Positions 35,620 through 44,261 of a DNA stretch of 64,000 nt are shown one piece after another. Origin of the DNA: a virus (taxonomy: Duplodnaviria; Caudoviricetes); IMG/VR virus record IMGVR_UViG_3300012942_000041, positions 18,480 through 82,479 of that record, one strand, 5' to 3'. The notes below the pieces were generated by a model. The model was not told the origin of the DNA. It ran no database searches and saw only the letters and a list, made by a program, of their open reading frames with translations. The stretch's first letter is position 1; each line of letters begins with the position of its first letter. Both the position numbers and the translations under genes were made by a program.

Positions 35620-35820
35620 ATGCCTGACCTGTACTACGACGACCACGCCGACTACGAGGATCTGCCCGGCGGCTGCGACCACTGCGCCGGCAGCACCCCC
35701 GAGCAGCTCTCCGCCGCGGCGAACGGCGGGCTCGTCCCGGTGTGTGCCTGCGCGATCGGCCAGGGCGCCGGACCCGGCGACTGCGTGTGCGGGACCGCGA
35801 CGACGGAGGAGACCGACTGA
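35620..35820 (+). CDS. Small acidic Cys-rich protein
   Basis: AAGGAG RBS; CDHC...CAC...CVC. Confidence 0.55.
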   Translation: MPDLYYDDHADYEDLPGGCDHCAGSTPEQLSAAANGGLVPVCACAIGQGAGPGDCVCGTATTEETD

Positions 35821-36128
35821 TGGCTGAGCACGACATCACGTTGACCGTCCGCATCCAGGCCCGCGGCGACTACTGGGACGACGCCGCCGACCTCGCCCGC
35901 AACGCCCGCGCGTGGATCGACGCCGCGCTGGAGGACCGCGACGACATCCACACCGTCACCATCAGCGAAGCCGAGCCCGTCCCCGTGCTGGGTCCGCCCG
36001 CGTGCGACGAACCCGTCACCGCCCACGGTGTCGACTACCGCTGCCCGCTCCCGATCCGCCACGACGGCGACTGCCTCCCGCCGATCACCATCACCGCCTG
36101 CATGATGCCCGAGGAGTCCGGCCAGTGA
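35820..36128 (+). CDS. Hypothetical protein
   Basis: GGAGGAG RBS, TGATG coupling. Confidence 0.55.
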   Translation: MAEHDITLTVRIQARGDYWDDAADLARNARAWIDAALEDRDDIHTVTISEAEPVPVLGPPACDEPVTAHGVDYRCPLPIRHDGDCLPPITITACMMPEESGQ

Positions 36129-36958
36129 GCGCGGCCCTGCACCTGGCGCACGCCTACGAGCCGCCGCCCGGGCCGAAGCGGAAGCGCGACGGAGGCGGCG
36201 GGGATGGGCCCAGCAGGTTCGCCCGGGTGGCACACGAGATCTACCGCGACGACCGGGCAGACCACGAAGCCAAGGAACTCCTCCTCGCGCTCACCTACGC
36301 CTGCACCACGCCCCGCGAAGACGGCGCCTCGGTGTGGACGATCGCTCGAACCTGCCTCGGCCGTGGCCGGCGCGGGCGTTGGCGCCTCGCCGAGCTGCTG
36401 GCGAAGGACGCTCCCCGCTACCACTTCAGCTTGCGCGCGCCGCGTTGGGAGGGACACGAGGAGGACGAGTTGTGGCACCGCTGCTGCGCTCCGCGCCTCC
36501 GGCCCTACCGTGAGCCCGCGCCATCCCAGGCGATGTTCAACTTGGAGATCCCAGAGGAGCCGCGGCCGGAGCCTGAGGAGGACTTCCGTAACCGGCTCGG
36601 AGTGTGCGGCGCGGACGCCAGCGAGTACGTGATCGAGAAGCTGCCCGACACCGGCTGGCACAAGGCCCACTGGTTCTGCACCCGGCACGAGTCGGAGCGG
36701 CGGCGCACTGAGCGGCAACTGATCGAGCCGAACCGGTTGGCGCCGGCGCCGATCCCGAACCGGGGCGGGCTGCTGCCGTGCTACTTCGACGCGGAGTGGC
36801 TGACGGTGTACCGCCTCTACTGCGGGGAGCAGTGGAAGCCGCCGGTGTACGGGATGCGGGCAGACGGCTGGCCGATCCCGGGCAAGGAGCCGGTGCCGAT
36901 GCGGGCGCGGCTGCGTCTGGCCGCGTTGGACGGCGAGATCCTCGCCCAGAACACCTGA
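36125..36958 (+). CDS. Hypothetical protein with shared N-terminal leader
   Basis: MSAALHLAHAYEPPPGP...; 277 aa. Confidence 0.65.
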   Translation: MSAALHLAHAYEPPPGPKRKRDGGGGDGPSRFARVAHEIYRDDRADHEAKELLLALTYACTTPREDGASVWTIARTCLGRGRRGRWRLAELLAKDAPRYHFSLRAPRWEGHEEDELWHRCCAPRLRPYREPAPSQAMFNLEIPEEPRPEPEEDFRNRLGVCGADASEYVIEKLPDTGWHKAHWFCTRHESERRRTERQLIEPNRLAPAPIPNRGGLLPCYFDAEWLTVYRLYCGEQWKPPVYGMRADGWPIPGKEPVPMRARLRLAALDGEILAQNT

Positions 36959-36981
36959 CCACCCCTCACCAAGGAGCCATA

Positions 36982-37581
36982 GTGCACAAGATCCCCACTC
37001 TGTTCCAACGCGACCCCGACGACCGCGCCCACGTCCTGCCCACCGTCACCCCGGGCTGCGAATGGGTCCTCAACGGCATCGGGACGCCGCTGCGGAAGTA
37101 CGACGGCACCTGCGTCCTCCTCGACAACGACGGCTCGTGGTGGGCCCGGCGCGAGGTGAAGCCCGGCAAGAAGGAGCCCGCCGGCTTCCGGGCAGTGCAG
37201 CACGACGACGTCACCGGCAAGACGGTGGGTTGGGAACCGATCGGGCAGTCCTCGTTTGCCCGATGCTTCGAGCAGGCCCTCGACTTCGCGCGCGCCGCCC
37301 ACAAGCCGACGCCGCCCGGCACCTACGAGCTGCTCGGCCCGAAGATCAACGGGAACCCCGAGCGGTGGGAGCGCCACGGCCTGCTCCTGCACGCCAGCGC
37401 CGCCGTGGTCGGCATGCCCCGCACGATCACCTTCGAGAGCCTGCGGGGCCTGTTCCTCGGCATCCTCGCCCCGCTCGGCTACGAGGGCGTCGTCTGGCAC
37501 CGGGAAGTCGGCGTGCCCGGGACCCAGATGGCCAAGCTCAAGGTCCGCGACTTCCTGCGTGACAGCGAGGCCGGGCGGTGA
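36982..37581 (+). CDS. RNA-ligase-like nucleotidyltransferase (DUF5565-like)
   Basis: KIPTLF.RD, RKYDGTC (motif I), GTYEL.GPKINGNPE, EGVVW, MAKLK..DF. Confidence 0.75.
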   Translation: MHKIPTLFQRDPDDRAHVLPTVTPGCEWVLNGIGTPLRKYDGTCVLLDNDGSWWARREVKPGKKEPAGFRAVQHDDVTGKTVGWEPIGQSSFARCFEQALDFARAAHKPTPPGTYELLGPKINGNPERWERHGLLLHASAAVVGMPRTITFESLRGLFLGILAPLGYEGVVWHREVGVPGTQMAKLKVRDFLRDSEAGR

Positions 37582-38207
37582 GCGGCTTCTTCGAGGCGGG
37601 CCACACGTACCTGCATCACGGGGAGGACGGTGAGCCGTCCACCGAGGGCCTGTTCACCGTCCAGTTCGTCGGCCGCGCGCCAGCGGCGTTCGAGTCTTAC
37701 GACGAGACCGGCGGGGTCGCGTTCGGGTGGCGGCAAGGCCCCGGCGCGGACGGCACGTGGGAAGCCCTCGGGGCCTACACCACGCCGGACTTCGCCGGGT
37801 GGCGCGAGGTCCGCACACCGCCGCCCGCCGCGACCCCGGACGGCTGCCGGTGGTGCGGCGAACCCCGGCCGCACGGGCGCCAGTACACGCCGGGGCGGGG
37901 CCAGCACACGTGGGAGCAGCCCACCAGCCGGCAGCGTCTGGAGCGGATGCAGGAGCGCCGCAACGACCGCCTCGCGCCGCCGCCCGCACCGGAGGTCCCG
38001 ACGGACATGACCGGGGCCGCTGTCATCGTCTGCTACAGCCGGTGCTGGGCGTGCCAGTTCGGTGACCACTACGATCCGCCGACGCCGCATCCGTGGTGGG
38101 ACGAGGACGACGTCGCGCACGCCGCAGAGACCGGGCAGGAGCCGCCGACGGGGAACTGCGGGTGCTCCTGCGGCCGGCAGCAGCCCGGGACCGAGGAGCG
38201 GCGGTGA
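37578..38207 (+). CDS. Hypothetical protein
   Basis: GTGA coupling; CRWCG...H..W.QP. Confidence 0.55.
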   Translation: MSGFFEAGHTYLHHGEDGEPSTEGLFTVQFVGRAPAAFESYDETGGVAFGWRQGPGADGTWEALGAYTTPDFAGWREVRTPPPAATPDGCRWCGEPRPHGRQYTPGRGQHTWEQPTSRQRLERMQERRNDRLAPPPAPEVPTDMTGAAVIVCYSRCWACQFGDHYDPPTPHPWWDEDDVAHAAETGQEPPTGNCGCSCGRQQPGTEERR

Positions 38208-38659
38208 CCGGCATCAACGAACTCGCGGCCGTGGTGCGTGCGGGCCTTGCTGAGGATGAGCGGGTGGCGCGGGCGGCGAGTGAGGGCCCGTGGTCGGTCG
38301 ACTCCGAGAGCTACGCGGAGACGGTGTACGGGCACGGTTCGGTGGAGGTGGTGGCGGGTGGTCGTTGGGGCGGTGAGGCCTCGGTGTTCGAGTCGACCGA
38401 GGACGCCGTCCACATCGCCCGCCACCATCCGGCGCGGGTACTGGCCGACGTCGCCGGGCGCCGCGCCCTCGTCGATGCGCTCCTCGCGGAACCGCACGCC
38501 GTGCAGGACGACGACGGGTGGTACAGCTGCTCACAGGCCGGCGAGGACTGCTGGGATTCGGACCGGCGTGGCGACCCCTGCGACTGCGGCCGGGACGACC
38601 GCGTCCGCTCCTACCTCCAACACCTCGCCCGGCCCTACCAGGAGGACAGCCGTGGATGA
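38204..38659 (+). CDS. DUF6221-like phage protein
   Basis: L.EDE.VA.AA..GPW...DA.HIARH.PARVLADV...R...LARPY. Confidence 0.7.
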   Translation: MTGINELAAVVRAGLAEDERVARAASEGPWSVDSESYAETVYGHGSVEVVAGGRWGGEASVFESTEDAVHIARHHPARVLADVAGRRALVDALLAEPHAVQDDDGWYSCSQAGEDCWDSDRRGDPCDCGRDDRVRSYLQHLARPYQEDSRG

Positions 38660-38840
38660 CGACACGGTGGTGACGATGACGCAGGAAGCGTTCGAGACAG
38701 CCGCCCGGCGCGCCCTCGCCGATCTGGGCCTGACCTACCGCGAGTTGGCGGAGCAGGCCCAGCGCAGGGAGTTCAGCAGCGAGCGGGCCCACCTGCTGTG
38801 GGTGTCCATCGGCGGCACCGTCAACGAGGAGACGCTGTGA
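38652..38840 (+). CDS. Hypothetical protein
   Basis: GGAGG RBS. Confidence 0.55.
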   Translation: MDDDTVVTMTQEAFETAARRALADLGLTYRELAEQAQRREFSSERAHLLWVSIGGTVNEETL

Positions 38841-39010
38841 CCACCGCCAGTGAGCCCCTCGTCGTCGACCGCGGCGAGTGGGATGCCCTGCTCGCCGTCG
38901 CGGTCCTGTACCTCGCGGCGTTCGCCGACGACGAGTTGCTGTCCGGGACCGAGAAGCTGCAGCACCAGCAGATCCAGGCGATCGTGGCCAAACACGGCCG
39001 CCGCTACTGA
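38837..39010 (+). CDS. Hypothetical protein
   Basis: GAGGAG RBS, coupling. Confidence 0.5.
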   Translation: MTTASEPLVVDRGEWDALLAVAVLYLAAFADDELLSGTEKLQHQQIQAIVAKHGRRY

Positions 39011-39019
39011 GGAGCCGAA

Positions 39020-39517
39020 GTGACTGATGACCTGTGGGCCGGGCTGGACGAGCGCCTGAACGACCGGCGGTTGGTGGTGTTGGAGTCGTCGGAGCGGCCG
39101 TCTGCGGTCGACGGGCTCGTCGACCTGCTGCGCCCGCTCGTGGCCAGCGTGATCGCTGAGCGGGACCGGCTGGCCGCGCGGGTCGCTGAGCTGGAGGCTC
39201 AGGCCGGCCAACTCCCGCCCCCGTCTGGAGAGATCCCCGATCAGCCGGACCGGTGCGGGCGCTGCCGGTGCACTGACTGCGGCGGCCGGCTCGACGAACA
39301 CACCCCGGACGGATGCCGCTGCACGTCCTGCCAGCTCGGCCCGCCCTGCTCCCTCTCCGAGTTCCTGCCGGACACCCGCATCGATCTCCTCGCCCGCGCC
39401 CTCGGTCCGCTGCTGGCGGCCGACGTCAGCGAGGCCCTGCAGCAGCGGTGTCTCGCGGTGGCGCACGCCGCGCACCACGCCATGCACGACTACGACCACA
39501 CCGAGGAGCAGCCGTGA
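39020..39517 (+). CDS. Hypothetical Cys-cluster protein
   Basis: AGGAG RBS. Confidence 0.55.
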   Translation: MTDDLWAGLDERLNDRRLVVLESSERPSAVDGLVDLLRPLVASVIAERDRLAARVAELEAQAGQLPPPSGEIPDQPDRCGRCRCTDCGGRLDEHTPDGCRCTSCQLGPPCSLSEFLPDTRIDLLARALGPLLAADVSEALQQRCLAVAHAAHHAMHDYDHTEEQP

Positions 39518-39855
39518 GCCGTCTCCGTACCGCCATCGCACGAAGGATGCGGGCCGGCGGCAGCGTGATCCGCCGTAGCGGGCCCGAGCCGCGCGCCGGC
39601 CGGGAGATGCTGCACCTCTCCCACCGCCCCGGCCCCGACGACCCCGACACCCGCCGGTCCCTGATCGTGTCCCGGCCCTGGGCCGACGGCCGCGTCTGCC
39701 TCCACGCCCTCGACCTCGACGCGCCCGGTGGACCCGAGCAGGTTTCGTTCGCCGTCGCGCCGGAGGATCTGCCGCGGCTGGTCGACCATCTCCAGTTCTA
39801 CGCCAGCCTCCCTACCGCCATGCCGCTGACGCTGCCAGAGGGGACCTCGAAGTGA
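39514..39855 (+). CDS. Hypothetical protein
   Basis: GTGA coupling. Confidence 0.5.
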   Translation: MSRLRTAIARRMRAGGSVIRRSGPEPRAGREMLHLSHRPGPDDPDTRRSLIVSRPWADGRVCLHALDLDAPGGPEQVSFAVAPEDLPRLVDHLQFYASLPTAMPLTLPEGTSK

Positions 39856-40241
39856 GCACTGCCCGGGACGAGTTGTATGACGCGATCGTGGCCGGTGACG
39901 GCCGCGTGGAGACCCAGCTCAAGGCCGAGCGGCTGATCGCGGCCCGCGACGCCGACGTGCTCCGCCGGGCAGTCGATCTGGTCGCGCTGCACGTTGATCT
40001 CGGTGCTCCGCCTGAGCGGATCCTGACCGAACTCCGCCGCGTGGCCGACGCCGCCGCGGCAAAGGCCCCGGGAGCCGCCGCCGCCTGCTCGCGGGTGCTG
40101 ACGATCCGCGTCACCGCGCCCACCCCCGAGGACGCGCAGCGCTGGATAGAGGCCGTCCGGGACCTGGCCGTCGCCGAGTACGGCGACAGCATGCGGATGG
40201 AGACCAGCATCCGGGCCGACGACGGAGGGGAGCGGCGGTGA
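39852..40241 (+). CDS. Hypothetical protein
   Basis: GTGA coupling. Confidence 0.55.
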   Translation: MSTARDELYDAIVAGDGRVETQLKAERLIAARDADVLRRAVDLVALHVDLGAPPERILTELRRVADAAAAKAPGAAAACSRVLTIRVTAPTPEDAQRWIEAVRDLAVAEYGDSMRMETSIRADDGGERR

Positions 40242-40414
40242 GCGTCTTGCATGTCTCCCCGGTCGATGACCTGATCGCGCACGACACCAGCACCAGCGAG
40301 CCGGACTGCCCGTGCGGGCCCCGCGCCGAGCCGGCGAAGCGGGAGGACGGGTCGGTGGGCTGGCTGATCATCCACCACTCGCTCGACGGCCGCGAGCAGG
40401 AGGAGCAGCGATGA
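40238..40414 (+). CDS. 58-aa hypothetical protein
   Basis: HV.P.DDLI.H...DCPCGP...HHSLDGRE. Confidence 0.6.
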   Translation: MSVLHVSPVDDLIAHDTSTSEPDCPCGPRAEPAKREDGSVGWLIIHHSLDGREQEEQR

Positions 40415-40614
40415 AGCTCCGGATCTTCGCGGTCGGCGGCGTCGCGCGCCAGGTGACCGTGACCCGGGACGACGGCGCGGAACTCGGCTTCCCCGTCGAC
40501 CGGGACACCACGACGGGCAGCGCCGGGAATGGCTGGGCGGTTGAGGTCGAGGCCGACGTGCAGGAGTTGCTGCGGGCGTTCCTCGCCGACGACCGCACCC
40601 GGAGGCGGCGGTGA
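40411..40614 (+). CDS. Hypothetical protein
   Basis: AGGAG RBS, ATGA coupling. Confidence 0.5.
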   Translation: MKLRIFAVGGVARQVTVTRDDGAELGFPVDRDTTTGSAGNGWAVEVEADVQELLRAFLADDRTRRRR

Positions 40615-40799
40615 GGCGGTGCCGGATATGCGGCGGCCGGGTGTGGCCGCGGCAGCAGTGGGGCGGGTACGGGCCGATCGGGTACGGGCTGCTCACCGCC
40701 CATGAGGTGTGGCACACCGAGTGCGCCGCCGCCGAGGCGGCCGGTCGGGCGGCGGTAGATTCAAGCAACCGAGACGAGGGGGAGCGGCATGCGACCTGA
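40611..40799 (+). CDS. Small Zn-finger protein
   Basis: CRICG...H.EC. Confidence 0.5.
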   Translation: MRRCRICGGRVWPRQQWGGYGPIGYGLLTAHEVWHTECAAAEAAGRAAVDSSNRDEGERHAT

Positions 40800-41268
40800 C
40801 CGGTTCGAGCGGCTGCTCGCCGACGCCATCAACGCGGACGGCCGGCTGACCGCCGTCACCTACGCGGAGGCGTCGCGGGATCGGTCCCGGTACGGGCTGG
40901 TGCTCACCGGCCCGGGTGGGGCGTCGGTGGACGTGCAGATCGTTGCCCGGTCCGCGGTCGGCGATCGGTACGAGCAGCCGGAGGAGCCGGTTACCGGCGC
41001 GGAGCAGCCGCGCGTGGACGTGCCGGACCCGCTGGCGGGCGGTGGCGTGCCGATGGTGGCGCTGGAGCGCTACCTGGCCGCCCTGGCGCGCAACGCGGCC
41101 CCGGCCGAGGTCGAGGGCACGTCGGTGTTTCAGGAGCGGGAGAGCGTCGGCGCGGTCCGCTACGGCGCCGCCGTCGAGTACCGGGACGGCTCCGCGATCT
41201 ACCTGTACGTGCTGCGGGCCGGTCAGGCGCGGCACACCGACTACCAGCCGCCGGAGACCGTGCGGTGA
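40789..41268 (+). CDS. Hypothetical protein
   Basis: GGGAG RBS; 159 aa. Confidence 0.6.
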   Translation: MRPDRFERLLADAINADGRLTAVTYAEASRDRSRYGLVLTGPGGASVDVQIVARSAVGDRYEQPEEPVTGAEQPRVDVPDPLAGGGVPMVALERYLAALARNAAPAEVEGTSVFQERESVGAVRYGAAVEYRDGSAIYLYVLRAGQARHTDYQPPETVR

Positions 41269-41453
41269 GCCAGGCGCTGCTGCCCGTCGGCGACCTCCCG
41301 CGCGAGCCCGCCCGCACGGTGCGCTGCAGGCGCTGCTCGCGGCCTCTTCACGACCCGGAGGCGCGCGCCCTTCAACTGGGCCCGGAATGCCGGGACTGGG
41401 AGGCTGCGCGGCGCCGCGGCCACATCCCGCAGGACACCATCCCCGGCACCTGA
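41265..41453 (+). CDS. DUF6011-like Zn-finger protein
   Basis: CRRC.RPL.DP.AR...LGPEC. Confidence 0.65.
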   Translation: MSQALLPVGDLPREPARTVRCRRCSRPLHDPEARALQLGPECRDWEAARRRGHIPQDTIPGT

Positions 41454-41510
41454 CCGGCGCTGCCACGGCATCCCCAAAGGGCCCCTCAAAGAGACGGCCA
41501 GGAGCGCGGC

Positions 41511-41546
41511 AGCGCCCCCCTCCCGCCGTGGCGGTTAGGGGGCGCT
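41511..41546. terminator. Stem-loop where the two early blocks converge
   Basis: AGCGCCCCC...CCGCC-GT-GGCGG...GGGGGCGCT. Confidence 0.6.
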
Positions 41547-41556
41547 CGGGCCGCGG

Positions 41557-41889
41557 TCAGGCGGTGGCGCGGCAGTCCGTGACGATCGTGAGGGTGCTCG
41601 GGCGCCAGCCGCCCCAGCCGGTGGCCATCTCCCGCGCGTCGTGAAACGCGCCGAGCGTCTGGCCGATCATGTACTCGGGGTCCTCGTGGCAACGCACCCA
41701 GCAGTGCTGGCCGTTGTCGGCGGTCACGACCCGGCCGATGTCGAAGCCGCCGCGCTGCTTGATCCAGTCACGGGCCTCGGCCTCGGTCTCGAAGATCGCG
41801 GCCTCGGTGTGGTCTTCTCCCAGCTGGTCGTGGGGCCCGTCCTGGGAGACGGTGGTCTCCCCGGCGATCCAGTACATGTGCACGAGCAT
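41557..41889 (-). CDS. Hypothetical protein
   Basis: AAGGGGG RBS; MLVHMYWIAG... Confidence 0.6.
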   Translation of the reverse strand: MLVHMYWIAGETTVSQDGPHDQLGEDHTEAAIFETEAEARDWIKQRGGFDIGRVVTADNGQHCWVRCHEDPEYMIGQTLGAFHDAREMATGWGGWRPSTLTIVTDCRATA

Positions 41890-41921
41890 GATCGTTCCCC
41901 CTTTGTGGTGGTGTGGCCGTG

Positions 41922-42305
41922 TCAGCGGCGGTGGAGGGTCTTGAGGGTGTAGCCGATCTCCTCGACGGTGGCGCGGTCCAGGACCACGCCCTCGGGGGCG
42001 CGGCCGTTCAACTTGAAGACCAGAGCGGTCTCGCCCGGCTCCTGCTCGTACAGCTGCCGGTTGACCGGCACCGGGACCTCCAGCAGGTCGGAGAGGATCT
42101 GCGCGGTCGACTCGTGCCCGATCGCCGAGTTGACCTCGTTGCCGTAGGTGGCGAGGAGGGTGCGGGCCTGGGTGAGGCTGATGGTCTTGCAGTCGTAGGT
42201 GCCGTCGGCGGTGATGATCGCCGCCAGGCACGGGGAGCCGGCCTCGCTGCGGTAGTGCACGATGCGGCCCACGGACGGGGTCGGCGCGGCGGGGGTCTGG
42301 GTCAT
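41922..42305 (-). CDS. DUF1874 / AcrIII-1-like ring nuclease
   Basis: SAIGHESTAQILSDLL...NR...LVFKLNGR.PEG.VL matches the YddF/STIV B116/SIRV1 gp29 family signature, including the GH, NR and RxxE residues. Confidence 0.8.
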   Translation of the reverse strand: MTQTPAAPTPSVGRIVHYRSEAGSPCLAAIITADGTYDCKTISLTQARTLLATYGNEVNSAIGHESTAQILSDLLEVPVPVNRQLYEQEPGETALVFKLNGRAPEGVVLDRATVEEIGYTLKTLHRR

Positions 42306-42330
42306 GGTCTCGGTCCTCTCGGTCGGTGGG

Positions 42331-42621
42331 TCAGCGGTCGATGGTGAGCGGGACGGTGGTGTACGGCACCGTGGTCAGGCCGGCGTCGATGGCGGCGACG
42401 ATCCGGTGGTGCCCGTCCAGCAGCTCCCAGCGCAGGTCGTCGGTCTGGACGTGGACGGGGACCGTGATGCCGTCCCGGCGGACAGCGGCGAGCAGCGCCG
42501 GGTAGGTCGGCGAGCGGCGTTTCACAGCCACCACGTCCTCCACGGTGCTGCCGCAGCCGAGGTAATCGGCGTCCGGCGACCACATGGCGAGGGCGTCGGC
42601 GACGGGCATCAGGCCGATCAC
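42331..42621 (-). CDS. Small ParB/Srx-domain protein
   Basis: DGITVPV...LLDGHHRIVAA..AG...VP. Confidence 0.8.
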   Translation of the reverse strand: MIGLMPVADALAMWSPDADYLGCGSTVEDVVAVKRRSPTYPALLAAVRRDGITVPVHVQTDDLRWELLDGHHRIVAAIDAGLTTVPYTTVPLTIDR

Positions 42622-42649
42622 GGCGGGTCTCCTGTCGGGTGGTCAGCGG

Positions 42650-42775
42650 TCAGTCGTCGTAGGAGGGTTCGTTCTCGCCGTCGTCGCAGCACTCGAAGGT
42701 CTCGTCCGGGACCTCCTCGCCGCACGAGTTGCACCACCAGTACACGGGCTCGCGGTCGTCGTCCTCACTGGTCAC
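42650..42775 (-). CDS. 41-aa acidic Cys-rich protein
   Basis: MTSEDDDREPVYWWCNSCGEEVPDETFECCDDGENEPSYDD; AGGAG RBS. Confidence 0.6.
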   Translation of the reverse strand: MTSEDDDREPVYWWCNSCGEEVPDETFECCDDGENEPSYDD

Positions 42776-42963
42776 GGCGGGTCTCTCCTGTCGGTGCGGG
42801 TCAGCGGCCGGACGGCCGGATGGTGATGCCGTATCGCTGGGCACGCTCGGCGCATTCGGGGCAGGTGGGCTCGGTCATCTCGGGCCGTTCGTCCAGACCC
42901 CAGAAGCCGGTGCGCGTCGGGCACAGGCGATGTGAGCGGTAGCCACTGCGGGTCTGTTGTCGA

Positions 42964-43215
42964 TCAGGCGGGGTTGTCGGATTCGCTAGCGGTCCGCAGG
43001 ATCGCACGACCGATGGATTCGCTCTCGTAGTCGCACCAGCGGCACGCCACCCGGCCGGCGATGACCCGCACGACGTTTCCGTTGTCGATCTCGTCCCAGC
43101 TCTGTTGATCGCGGGTGAGCGCGGATTTGCGGTTGCAGGCAGGACAGCGATCTCTCTCGGCGCGCAGACGCTTACTGGCCCGCTGGACCGAAGTATCACT
43201 CCGGTTCTGGCCCAT
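42964..43215 (-). CDS. Zn-ribbon hypothetical protein
   Basis: CPAC...CRWC; AGGAG RBS. Confidence 0.6.
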   Translation of the reverse strand: MGQNRSDTSVQRASKRLRAERDRCPACNRKSALTRDQQSWDEIDNGNVVRVIAGRVACRWCDYESESIGRAILRTASESDNPA

Positions 43216-43323
43216 GATCACTTCTCCTGTCGGTATCGGTCGGGTTGGGGGTGTCTGAGTGCCTGGCGACGCGCACGGGCGGGCCGTGCACGCCGCGCCG
43301 GCCATCAGGCGGCGGGGGCCGGG

Positions 43324-43617
43324 TCAGGCGGCGGACTCGGTCTCGGTGGCGCGGTGGATGAGCCACCCCGCGAAGATCGTCCACGCGGGGCCGAGCTGAC
43401 CGGCCGCCTCGGCCGCGTCGCGCAGCGCGTCGGCGCGGGCGGTCACCTCAGCCGGCGTCGGCAGCCCGTTGAGCGCGGCCCGGACCGCGGGGATGCGGTC
43501 GGTGGGCACGTACACGCCGCCTTTGGTGTGCACGTACCGGTGGCCGGTGTCGTCGGCTTCGGCCGCAGTGATGGTGTCGTCCTCGTAGTCGGTGTACAGA
43601 GTCTCGATGTCGTCCAT
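43324..43617 (-). CDS. Hypothetical protein with acidic N-terminus
   Basis: GAGGA RBS within repeated intergenic motif. Confidence 0.6.
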   Translation of the reverse strand: MDDIETLYTDYEDDTITAAEADDTGHRYVHTKGGVYVPTDRIPAVRAALNGLPTPAEVTARADALRDAAEAAGQLGPAWTIFAGWLIHRATETESAA

Positions 43618-43649
43618 GGCAGGTGTCCTCTCGATCAGGCGGGGGCGGG

Positions 43650-43925
43650 TCAGTCGGTGACGGGCTTGCGGGCTGCGTCGGTCACGTAGGCAGTGCCCTT
43701 GTGCTCGCCGTCCTCGTGAACCGTGGTCTCGAAGTCGCCCAGGTCCAGCGAGAACGCCTTGCCCCAGCCGGAGCACTGCGCGCACACCGACGGCATCGCG
43801 TCCGGGTGGTTCGCGTAGATGTACTCGGCGATCGCCTCCGGTCCGTCAGCGGCCACGTCGTTGGGAACGTCCATGGTCAGCGACGCCGAGGCGGTGGTCT
43901 CGAAGTGGGCGGTGAACTTGGGCAT
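43650..43925 (-). CDS. Hypothetical protein
   Basis: GAGGA RBS; CAQCSGWG. Confidence 0.65.
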   Translation of the reverse strand: MPKFTAHFETTASASLTMDVPNDVAADGPEAIAEYIYANHPDAMPSVCAQCSGWGKAFSLDLGDFETTVHEDGEHKGTAYVTDAARKPVTD

Positions 43926-43956
43926 GGCGGGTCCTCTCGATCAGGCGGGGCGAAGG

Positions 43957-44169
43957 TCAGCGGGGGTCGAAGCGGGCGGCGAGGGCGCGCAGGTCGCCCC
44001 ACGTCAGGCCGGTCTTCACGCCCGGCCCGTACACGTTGCTGGTCGCCACGATCACCATGGCGTCGCCGGGCTGGTCGGCGTACAGGTCAAGGGTGTGCTG
44101 CAGCGCGGCGGTCGGGTCCTGCGGCGGGGCCGGCCAACCGGCGGGGAGCTGCGGGGTGTTGCGGGACAT
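43957..44169 (-). CDS. Hypothetical protein
   Basis: GAGGA RBS; TGLTWGDLRAL. Confidence 0.6.
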   Translation of the reverse strand: MSRNTPQLPAGWPAPPQDPTAALQHTLDLYADQPGDAMVIVATSNVYGPGVKTGLTWGDLRALAARFDPR

Positions 44170-44261
44170 GGCGGGTTCCTCTCGGATTGGCGGTGCAGGG
44201 TGGTTGGTGGTGGCTGGTCGTGCGCGTCGGTCGCCGGGGAGCCGGCGGTCGCCGTGCGCGG

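Noticed and set aside
35195-36190. Diversity-generating retroelement TR/VR pair
   Set aside because: Differences are not adenine-specific, the repeat is N-terminal, and there is no reverse transcriptase in the window.
26101-41453. Invertible segment explaining the plus-strand block
   Set aside because: No flanking inverted repeats noticed and no invertase in the window; the junction has an ordinary hairpin. A computational repeat search would be needed to exclude it fully.
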